A DNA stretch of 64,000 nucleotides from Phoronis australis (Eukaryota > Animalia > Phoronida): NCBI GenBank assembly GCA_002633005.1, contig NMRA01000017.1, positions 1,611,475 through 1,675,474 on the forward strand, given 5' to 3'. The notes below the pieces were generated by a model. That model saw nothing but the letters and a program-made list of their open reading frames with translations. It was not told where the DNA came from and searched no databases. Positions 40,601-52,600 of the stretch are shown piece after piece. The position numbers and the translations under genes were made by a program. Within the stretch, counting starts at the first letter, position 1. Every line of letters starts with the position of its first letter.

Positions 40601-43600
40601 ATGAAAATTTGTTGAGGACCTTTGAAGATACAGTCTTGCAAACATAAAAAACTAAAGTTGCCACTAGGGGGCACACCAAAAGTTAGATTTGCCCGAAAGT
40701 TGTTATCGTTCGTTGAACACATCATATAAATACACTTGCTAAATTAAGAAAAGATCATGCAAATGGCTTACGAGATACAGTGATGAGCGCAAAAAAACAA
40801 AACTGCCACTAGGAGATGACACCGTAGTCGAACTCATCGGAAAATCATCATCAGCCATGTCCTTCATAGTAGAAACATACAAGCCAGTTTTCACAATTAT
40901 CCTGAAAGTAGTTTGGTTGATAGACGAGTGGATGCCAAAAAACAGTACTCGAAAACAGTAAAAGTGGCCACTAGGTGGCGCAAACTAGGTCGAATCCAAC
41001 TGAAAACAGAGAGACAGCGTCACCTCATTAACAGATGCCTGTATGCCAAATTTTATGAAAATACGTTGAGGACCTTTGAACATACAGAGGTAAACCTAAA
41101 AAGATAAAACAGTAAAAATGGCCACTAGGCTGCGCAAATTAGCTTGAATCCACCCAAAAACGGGAGGACAGCGTCATCTCACTAATAGGTCCCTACATAC
41201 TAAATTTTATGAAAATCTGATCAAGACTAAAATTGCCACTAAGGGCCACACCGGATCCATCTGAAACTTCACTCATGCCGTCCCATCCACGAAAGAAACA
41301 CATGTGAAAAATTTTATGAAGACACGTCAAGGCATTTTGGAGTTAGAGCAGCAGACTTTGGACGGACGGAGATGACGGCATAATGCGTCCACATATAAAT
41401 ATGTGGGTGCATAACAATAGATTTTGGAATAATGAGTTTGGTTAGAGTTAAGTGAACCAAAACTGATCTGTAGTACAATTAAGATTTAGAAAAGGTGTTT
41501 TCCTCTTAAAGGCCAATAGGAAGAAATAGTATCAACAACATGAAGAAAAAACACAAGAGCAACGCGGAGCCTTGAAATGCGCCCACGAACGCATCGCAAA
41601 TGGTGTGCTTTTAGGGTTATATATTAGAATCATAAAAATGGCCCCTAGATGACGCAAATATGTACAATCCATCTAAAAACAGGAACATGCCACATTTCAT
41701 AAAAATGTCTCAAGGAACTTCATAGAAATAAAGGAAAATGGAAGAAAAAGAAATTGCCACTTGTGGGCACAGTGTCCGTTCGATCTGCCTGAAAGTCGTC
41801 GTCTGTTATCTTCACTTACTAAATTTAATAAAGATCCTGCATTGAGTTTTGGATATACAGCTATGGGCAAAAAACAAAACAAAACTACCACTAGGAGGTG
41901 CCACAGTAGTCAGTCACCATCATAAAACGTCCTCTTCACACTGAAAATATATACGCCAATTTTCAAAACCATCCCTAGAATGATTTGATTGATCGAGGGG
42001 TGGACACCAAAAACAAGATTTGAAAACAGCAAAAATGGCCCCTAGGAGGCGCAAAATATCTTGATTCCATCCAAAAACAAGAAGATAGCGTCATCTCACC
42101 AATAGATGCCTATATTCAAAATTTTATGAAAATCTATTGAGGACCTTTGATTGGTAAACAAAAAAATAAAATTGCCACTAGGGGGAACACCAGTAGTCAG
42201 ATCGGTCGGAAAGTCGTCTTCTGCTGTCAACATCATATAAATACACTTGCTAAATTAAATAAAGATCCTGCAAATGGTTTAGGAGATACAGCCATGAGCG
42301 TAAAAAAATAAAAACAAAACTGCCACTAGGAGGCGCCAAAGTAGTCGAAATCCTCGAAAAGTCATTGTCAGCTGTCCACTTCCTAGTAAAAACATACCTG
42401 CCAATTTTCACAATAATCCTGAAAGCGGTTTGGTTGATAGACAAGTAGAACGCCAAAAACAGACTAGAAAACAGTAAAAATGACCAATAGGTGCCGCAAA
42501 CTACGTCAAATCCATTTGAAAACAGATAGCATCACCTGATTAAAAGATGCTTGTATGCCAAATTTTATGAAAATCAGTTGAGGACCTTTGAACATACAGG
42601 GGTAAAGATAAAAAAATAAAACAGTAAAAATGGCCACTAAGTGGCGCAAACTACCGTAATCGTTCGAGTTAACGCCCTGGGCGGTTAAATTGGTACGTTG
42701 ATTCCATCTGAAAACGACAGGGCAGCATCATCTCACTAATAGGTGTCTATATACCATATTTTACAAAAATCTATTCAGAACTTTTGAAGATACAGAGGTA
42801 AACATAAAAAACTAAAATTGTCACTAGGGGGCAAGTCGGTGGTCGGATCCGTCCGAAAGTTCGCTCATGCCGTCCCATCCACGGAAGAAATGTGCAAAAT
42901 TTCATGAACATACGTCAAAGCGTTCTGGAGAAAGAGCAGCGGACGCTGGATGGAGATGACGGTATAATGCGTCCACAACGGGCGCATAAAAAGTAGTTTT
43001 GATCGTCAAGCCATGTGCGTCTGCAAGCATGCATGAATGCACCAAGTCCGACTTTGAGCTCACAAACACAGAAAGTTGGGTAAAAAGACATTAAAGCCTA
43101 ATTCACTAATTTAATCGTTAATTTGACATTTTGCTGTTTCAATTCTGTGCTTTAACCACCACTTGATTTCTATTGCCATTTCACACTTGGTTTCTTGATA
43201 TCAGTCTCCCGGTGAGTGGTGTGTACCACAGTCAACTGTTGACCTACTTAACTGCTGGCAACATCTGTCCTAGTTTGACTAGAGGCACATTCACAAAAAT
43301 TAAATCAAAATGTTTCAGTAGTAATTAAGGTAATTACGCAATGTGAGTAAATGTGGAAACAGCAAACATTCTTAAGGCATGTATAGGTGATATTGACCAA
43401 AAACGAGTTTTCACCGAGTTTTCATCAATCTAGGTCAGAAACGATGCAGTGATTTCTTTTTATGGATTTCTCAAACCTCATTTACAAAGAAAAGGCATTT
43501 TTACAATATTTCACTAGCAAAATACAGGGCTCGACATTAAGTTTCATTTTAACTTGTCTAGTCGGACATGTAGAAATGAAATTTACTTGTCCTGACCTAT

Positions 43601-46600
43601 AAGACACTTGTCCATTTAAACTCAAATTATACCTTTCAAACATATGTGAATGTCGCTCATTATACCTGTTAGCACAGTCTCAATGAAAATGTGTAAAAGC
43701 ATATATTACACGACATTTGAGTTTTACACAACTTTATTAAGTGGGCATTTGTATTCGTATTTCACCAGTGTATGAACACGCTACAGCTTTACCCTGGCTT
43801 TTCAATTCAGATATGGAATGCTCTTTATAATGTGCTGACTGAGCTGTCGAGTGTTGATGACATTACAAAATTCAATCCTAAACACATCTGACCCAGATGC
43901 AAGAGATGAACTGTTTGCGTCGGCATATTTTTCTCCCAGGACACAACACATTTTGTTGTCGCTATCACATCGTAACCAGTCAAAACCTTCCATTTCAGAA
44001 GGAATTCCCGTTTTCGTTTATTCGTTTCACACTGTTGCTTGGTGCCTTCACGGCAGTTCATGCCCTGCAAGATTAAAGCTCGTTGACTTGAAACCATACA
44101 CAAACTAAGTATTTTTCTGCATTGACACTGCAGACACTCGCGCAGACGACAAGTTTCCACACATGCCGTATGACAGTCAAATGTTGTAAAGTTTTATTAA
44201 TACGTGCTAGCGAGTTATCGCTACAATTATTGAGTCTTCTACGTAAATAATTTAAGTCATATAATTTAACTGTCAAAATGTCTTGAAGTGCAAATAATTT
44301 CAACTTGATTTCGTAAATTGAGCGAACTGGTTTGAGGCGCTGTCCGAATGAGATTAAGCAACAGGAACCTGGCGTGCATTCAAAACCCTCGGACCTAGTT
44401 AAAATCAAAACGTTGCAACATTACGCGAGATACTGCCGTGTATTTGAAATGAGAACACGTGACTATGACTAGAATATTTCGAATGCAAGTGCCTCTGATT
44501 GTTTCCAGTCAGCTCCTAAATAAGCAAAAACACCTTGCCGATTTGCGCCGCATATTACCGACGCTGATGTCCAAATAAGTGAGTTATCATTGCAACAAAT
44601 ATTTTCTTGTCATTAAGAATTATTATAATTTGCAAAAATTCATTAACTGCTCGGATGTGAGCTTGTCCGGACCAACAAATTGGTTGCCCCGGGCAGTCGG
44701 ACTACCATGTCGAGCCCTGAAATACCTTACCTTCATTTGCAGGGAACTTCATATACGAAATATATACCGTGTGGCGTGAAAAAAAGATTGAACAGAACCA
44801 CCCTGGAGCTGCATAGCCACATGGAAATTTTGTTTACTACTAATTCGAGGTCAAAGGTTACAGGGCTGTCACTCAAATCGAATCTCCCACAAGGTACAGA
44901 GCAGCTTCGTAATACCCTCAGTCCTTTCATCGAGTCGCAATAATATTGACTCAACGAGGTGTACAAGAACGGTGCTGGGGAAAACAAAGACAAAACATAG
45001 TTTGATACTGAGGGAGTTGCGTCTACATGCATACGATCGCGGGAAACAAATGCTGCGAGTCGCCTCACACTTCTGTGACTCTATGATCACGAACACAATG
45101 TCATTGTCATTGTCTCAAGGACAGACATCACTGCACATTGGACAGGTCCACAAGTGATCAGTCCTTCTCTACAGCAGCCAAGAAAGAGTCACACTGATGA
45201 TGGTTCCCATGTTGAGCTGGTTAATCTGGTATCTGCTTTCTCCACGTAAGGTGGTTCTCATGCCGCTTCCTCTGACAGCTCAGTTAGTCGTTCCAGGGTG
45301 GTGCTTTCTGAGGAAGCCTCCATCTCCTGGTATTTCAGTCCCATCAAAACATCCTTCTCGCTCCAAGTGACATCTTCCAAAAGTTCTGCCCTTCCTACCA
45401 GGTCATCTGCTCTTTCATTCCCCGGCAAGAAGCAAGTAGTGCAAAGAAATAAATGCTCACCCAAAATCCTTAAAGGAGAATGCCACCCGATTTAAGAAGT
45501 CTTTTTTACCCTCTTAATCAGTCTATATCCACATCACCTCGTAAACAGTCGATCTTACCTCGCTGAGAGGTGTCGCGTTAACCTGTAAGCAAGGTGAGAA
45601 GCGACGCAGTGCCGTCAGTGGTTCTTCTGCAGAGTGAGTACTGCTATGGTGCGGTGCATTGTTCCCCCTTGTGCAAAGTATGAAACTGTGAGGAAAGCGA
45701 GTATATCGTTTTTCCATTTCTTAGAGAGCCCATAATGCTTCCGAAGTGGCTCGAGGTAATGAAGAATGAAAAGTGCGCTGTTAATACCAAGTATGAGGCC
45801 GTCAAACTTCTCCGTGCCTGTTCGTGGCCGGCATTTCGTCGACAGTGAACTCACTGATGATTGAATGCCAGTTTACCAAACAGCTCATGCTAGGGCAGAA
45901 AAAGAGACTGAGGCTGAAGTCAGATGTTGTGCCTAGTGTTTGTGCCAACAGGCAAGAAACAAAGTAACGCGGATCGATTGTTGATCAGATTTTGATTATA
46001 GAGAATTGTAGTTGTAATTACAATTAATTTAAGGCATTTTATATTACTTTTTTGATGAGTGACTTGTTTGTCAGGCTTCTGCTTGGTCCTTTGGGTGTAG
46101 GATGTTCTCACCAGTTCTTTTTCTCGACCCTAAAAAATGTCGTTATCTCACTTCTGTTTAGATGCGGACAAAATCAGGATGGTCTGTGAGATGCATCTTC
46201 GCTTCTCGAAGAAGGTGTTTCACTTGTGGAATTTTGTGGCAGCAAACATATATCGTCACATTTCCATTATCGTGTATTTAGCTCACTGACACCATGACAA
46301 AATATTCAAAAGGTTTTCAAAACTATCCATATGTTCTGTTTTCTGTGCACGTTCACAGAGCCTCTCTAGTATTTCTTGACCAGTGTAATTCCGGTTCCAA
46401 CTCATAACCTGTAAAACCTATAATTGTGCATTCTGTTTCAAAATGAATTATACTCACCCTAACCAATGCTGATATAAAATTGCAACAAAGCCTGTCTCAT
46501 AAGATACAATTTGTAATACCATGGAGTGTTCGTGACCGCAAATGTTTTGAGGGTGAGCCAAACTTTGATAAGTTTATTGTGGACTTGTCTAAAGTATTGG

Positions 46601-49600
46601 AGCTATTTAGAAGGTGCCAGGTATGAGTCGAGGGTGTCACACGGCGGGGTGTAAGCAGTTTGCGTGCTCAAGCCACTATTAGTGGGAGTGTGTCGCGGAC
46701 ACTCGGGCAAGTGGGACAGTTGTTCCTCTGTACGTGGGATGATAATGAGTACATCCCGGTACGCAGCAACAGTGTGGCATGTTGACTGACTCATAAACAA
46801 AAGCACATGATGACCGAACTTATCAAAACCGCGAGATAGAACAATGACTGCCTGGGCAGCTCTCACAGTCAGACTATACGAAAAGAAATCGGCGGGAAAT
46901 TCTTGCCTCCGAAAACGTCACTTCCGGAATAGAGAACGAATAATTAATCAAATTACGAAAAGCTGCAATTAAAGGAAAAATATGTCTGGGATAACCAACG
47001 AACCTTATTTTTGCTAAAAAAGACATGAAAAAAGGTTGCCTTCACCTTACACACATGAGACCGGCAAGTGCTGAATGAAACACGCTCTGGTTTAGGCCTA
47101 GTGCTTGTGCAAATTTCTAATAAGATACAATGCACATCTAGTTTGTTAGATTGCAAGGCTCTGGCCAAAAGACAGTTTCTGTTCTGGCAAATGAACTCTG
47201 GTGACACGCACGCACTCGCTTACTCACAAACGCAGACAACTTCAAAACAAACATCAGGTGACAAAAACATGTGTTTTCGTCCAGACATTTTTATCATGTT
47301 GCCGATCATACATGTAGATGGCACGATATCAGCACAGATTTGTACTTAAACCTGCCGTGATCCCGACTCCACGGGGACTTAAAAATCTTAGGGACGCTAC
47401 TTGGAAAACTTAAGTACGATTTTAGGTAATTTGCTTGAGTCGAAACTGTATTTTTATTCAAGCATTCAAGTCGCCATATAGACTATTGCGAGGCAGGCAG
47501 TCGGCGAGTTTTCACCCTGGGATTTCAGCACAATTTTCTGTAAAATAATCGTAATTTAGCAGCAAACTTTGATAGCAATGCACTACGGTTTTGCAGAAAG
47601 TCTTTCATAGATTACAGATATGACACAGAGCGTAAATATAATGAATCTTAGGTTCCGATTTCACTCGTTTCAGAGACCGGGTTTCAACGGCCTTGGGTTA
47701 TAAGCGCCTCCCCTTAAATGAACTTTTCTAAGCGCCCTGGGCGATTATTACGGTGAATACGGTATACATTATTCGAATCATTGTTACTGTACAACTTTTG
47801 CCCTGACGGTTCTGTTGAAGGGAAACCTGTCTTCGCGGCCCCGACGAGCTAGTAAGTAGATTTGCAATTTTGCAGCCAATTCACGAAAATAATCATGTGC
47901 ACATTATTTCTTTGGCTCACTAGTATAGTCTTTTTGTGACTTGTAGTTTTGTTTCCAACTTTGGCTGGTTTATGTTCGTGATGTCGTGAGTCCAGGTTGC
48001 GATGGGCCTCATCGGGTTCAGTCACTGGCCGGGATAGAAAGCATTTTGTGTGGTTAGAACTAAAAAAATCGCAAGTCTAAAATTACAACACACAGCTATG
48101 TTCTCCTGTATTGTATTTCATTGAAGAATAATTTGAATTTATTACCGAACAGACCCCAAATTCTCAAAACCGACCTTAGGTTAATTGGCCTACCAAACTT
48201 TGTAGGCTCATACTGTACGTTCACGTAACTAAAAATCCGTAACAGTGAAATAAAACAAGACGCTAGTTGAATAACTCGATGTATTTGTAAGGGCTTTATA
48301 TCGAATTTTGATGATTTGTTGGTGTAAAACGCTGAATTCAAGAGAAAACCTGACACCGGTAAGTGTGTAGTGAACTGCAAAACAGACTACATTTGAAACT
48401 CTGACGTCATTGGTTATAATTTCAATACCTCCGTCTGGCGTCAGGTGTTAGGTAAAGGAGTTGTACTTGCTGTTATCAAGCGGAAGTACTCGATCTAAAT
48501 TGATAGAAAATAGTTTTTTTGGGTGGCATTCTCCTTTAATTCGATAGCTAATTTGACATTTCGCTGTTTTGATCTCATGCTAACGACGTGCTTTAACCAG
48601 CGACTCCATTTCTGTTATCAATTTCTTACTTGCTTTCATATCAGTCTTCCGGTGCGTGGTGCGTAAACTAATGAACTGTTGACCTAATTTTAAATAGGTC
48701 AACAGCTGAACCCACCTCTCGGCTGGGGACAAATTAACATTTTAGTTAGTTTCAGTTTTGGCGACCTCAGATTTCGCTTGCCAACCTGGGATTTTTGCAA
48801 GGTTGCTAAATGTGACTTGGCATTTAGTTAAACATTGAGTGCTGTAAGCACCTACAAAGACATTTTTAATGAGCTTTCCTGTTCCATTCCTCTTTAACTT
48901 GGGAAGATTGGTACAAATGATGCATTAGCAAGTGACAGAACAAAGATTGGTCAAAATCACCAAAACAAGGTTTAAGTACCCTTTTGTGTTGAAATTATGA
49001 TTTTATTGCTCTGACCTTGGAAACGAGGTCAAAGTCACCAAATGCTCAAGCTGATTAGAGAACTTTCTTGCAAGAAAACAAGATCACGCAAGGCGTCCCA
49101 AGATATCGCCATGCATGTGATCACAATTTCTAGCACCACCTACACCTTAGTCCAAAGTACGATTCTTGAGATATCACGCCAACAACAATTTATAAGTCAA
49201 AATTTAAAATTTTCTTGCTTGTCAATTAGATTGAAAATGATGTTAATGTCACCAAAATCGAATGACACTTCAGGATACCATAACTACAGTGGTATGAAAT
49301 ACAAACTTACCTCCAGTCATTTTATCGTTGATCACAAATTCTCCAGGCAATGGCGCTCTGAAACACACATATATTACACAATACCACAGTGTAAATGGTC
49401 AAGAAATTATTATGAAAACAACATGTGATCAGTAAAACATACCATAGTGTTAATCAGATGTAAAAAACCAATACATGAGATAAAATTAAGGTGAAATTGC
49501 ATACTTAATGGCATACTTATGATCAAAATAAAAATCAAACCCAACGTTGCAACCACCTCACTACATGACAGAGAGTGCTGTGAATGATATAAAGGTGAAG

Positions 49601-52600
49601 ACTGCATAGGCAACACAACTGCAAGTATTATGCAAGTTATTACCTGCGCATTTATGTTGTTTGTTAAGTAGCGAGGCACACACTAAGACAAAAAGCTTAC
49701 GGAAATTCTCATCCAGCATGTGAGAATCCATTACATTTTAGTGAGATTACAATAAGAACGTAACTAATTAAGATGTCATTTGAAAAAATCTCACTCAGTG
49801 AAAATGCAATTGAGATTCCAATGACAGTGCCCAGCGATAATCTAGTATTTCCACACGGTGAGTGTCAAATTTCCCACTTTCCATGCATGGGTGGACACAG
49901 GTCATCACTCACCAATGCTAATAACTTTCAGTATGATAGACTCAAGACTGTTTCCACTTAATCACCTGGATGACAGTTTGCTCACAAGTAAGCTCAAACA
50001 CAACATTCTGCAAGTCTGATCTATGCTCCAGCCTCAGTATGGTGCAAGCCTTGACTGAGTCAATTCCAGCAGTTGTTACACTCATTGGTTCAATAACCTG
50101 CTGTCAGTCTATAGCTGGCTCTCTATTGACTACTGCTCTAACTGCTGATTGTCTTCACTGCAACTCAACACTTGGCGAAATTAAGCGAAAAGACAGCAAT
50201 GGGGAAGAGGAGGATGATGACAATCATGACAATGAAGGCAACGATTATGAACAACACGATAACATTCATGTGACTAGCGAAGAAATCAGTAAGAAATAGG
50301 CTGCAGTCTTCTTCAATAGCTGGTAAAGTGACAACAGTGTGAGAGTGCTCAGAGGAGCGACACTTGGCGAAATTAATAGAAAAGAAGACGATGGGGAAGA
50401 CGAGGATGACGACGATAATGATGATGAAGGCGGTGATTATGAACAATAGGATAACATTCATGTGACTAGCGAAGAAATGACTAAGAAATAGACTGCAGTC
50501 TTGTTCAATAGAAGCGAAACCAACATCAATGCAGCAAGAGCACTCATTTACAAAGGAACAGCGAAATCAGAAAATCTTGAATAATTCGAAAAGTAGACGT
50601 CCTAGCGAAAACTGGAAAACATCATCAGAAAGCCCGTTCAAAACTCTATCTAAATTGATAGTAACGCATAATTCCGTAATTTTTTCGAAAAAAATTGTGA
50701 AATTTCACTTTTTTATGAAATTCAAAGTCAAATAACTCACAAATGGTAAGTCTGAGAAAAACATTATCAAAGAACTTTTTAAGGAATCCACATGCAAAAA
50801 TTCACGTCATTTGCTCTTCCCGTTAAAAATGCAACCACAGGACGATCGAAAATGGGTGAAAATGCACCAGAGCCGCCATCTTGAAAGTGAGTTCCGGTTA
50901 AACAAACTTTTATAATAGCCAATCAAACGAAGCAAACAGGTGACGAGATTGAAAATGATTGGTTCACCAATGCGCCCTCTACAGGAGAAAACGTTTTCGG
51001 CCAGATATCGAGGTGCGCATGCGCCATGGCCAATATTTCCGCCATCTTTTACCAGAAGTTAACGATTTACAGCGCAGTTGTAGTACTTGTGTTCTGTAAT
51101 AATCGTTTCAAGTTTCAGCTCTGTACGTTGAAAAATGCCGCCCCTATGAGAATTTGAATCTGAAACGATAAACAAAATGGCCGCCAACGTCCGCCATTTT
51201 GAATCCGATCATGACCAAAAACAATAGGCTTCCAGGACTTTCAGATCTACATATTGTGTGCGAATTTCGTGCAAATCGAACAAAATTGCGACCTGTAGAG
51301 TGCGAACAAAAAAAGAACAAACTTGATGTCAGACCAACATACATAATTCCCAGAATTCCGCCAAGTAAAAACAAACTTGACGCAGATCAACATACTTGTC
51401 GGAATTCAAAGAATTCCGCCAAGTAATAAACTCAACTCAACTCGCTCAACTATCACTAACGTTTTGGAACTTTTCACCACAAAGTAAACTCATTTTATAA
51501 CTAATTGTTCCAGACTCGTGTGGTTCTATTTTTATCACAATGGAATGTTCTTCTAAAGCTCTAGTAAACTAGTGAAAACAAATAACATCATTACTAGCCT
51601 GACCCCAAGGGTCATGTCAACCAAGTGCTATTTGACTGCACAATAAAACCTATCAAACTTAAAGTGTGAAAATTTGTATCCATGAATGTCTTATACTCTT
51701 ACAAACGTACCAAGCGTGGAGTACATGAAATAATATCCCACGAGACATTATTCTGCCTATCGAAGGTCTCAGTCGATACGCGGAATAATGTCGAGTGGGA
51801 TATCATTTCATGTACAGCACTCGGGGTACGTTTTGTATTTATCCCATACGCATCGAATTCGTGAGTTTCTTTTGTTTTCTTTCAGTATTTTATAAATGCT
51901 TCACCCTGACTGTTTACGTGGATAATCACAACCTGTTGTGTATATGTGCACGTTCTGTTGCTAGCTTACTATAGTAAAAGAAAACAATTTTAAATGTAAT
52001 GGTATATTACTTGAAAATGATAAATGTGTGAAAACGACAGTTATTGTGCATTGAACTTGTATCAAATTTCGAAAACAAAGTACAAAAAAATTTATTACAC
52101 TGTAAAATCCGCATCGGGTAGCTGCACTCATTCATGAAACTGGGGCATTGACCGGAACGCATAGCCTACATGTCGTCTGCTTTCACGAAAATGTTAAAAG
52201 TGCCACCGTCGATGACAGCTCCAGCGAATATGCCTGTTGTAGCGTAGTTGCAGGTATGTTGTCACATTTCTATGTATTCTGTAGCCTTGGTACAAAGCTG
52301 TATACTAAATCTACGACAGTCTGTTGATACAGCTAGCTGGCTGGCTACGGATTCGGTAGCATGGATAGGTTCACGTGTTGCTGGGACGGTCGACGTTGCT
52401 GCTCGTGTAGTACTGTCGCCGATAGTATCAGGTGCTGTCATAGCCAGTGACAATGTTTGATATTGGCGAGGAATCGGTGCTTGTGTTGCAAACGATGTAT
52501 CTTAGCAATTGAAAACTGAGACAGAACTGTCGTATAATTAACAGTCTTGTTCCAGATGTTACGACTGAGGCCTGGTTGCATTTTGAGTGGTATTTACACT

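Noticed and set aside
49966-50097. Open AG..GT-bounded frame VIEPMSVTTAG...VIQ on the minus strand
   Set aside because: Phase 0/0 does not fit between the phase-2 junctions 53077 and 49357; lies among repeats
49970-50299. ORF with acidic tract
   Set aside because: Runs into a degenerate tandem duplication; no recognisable domain
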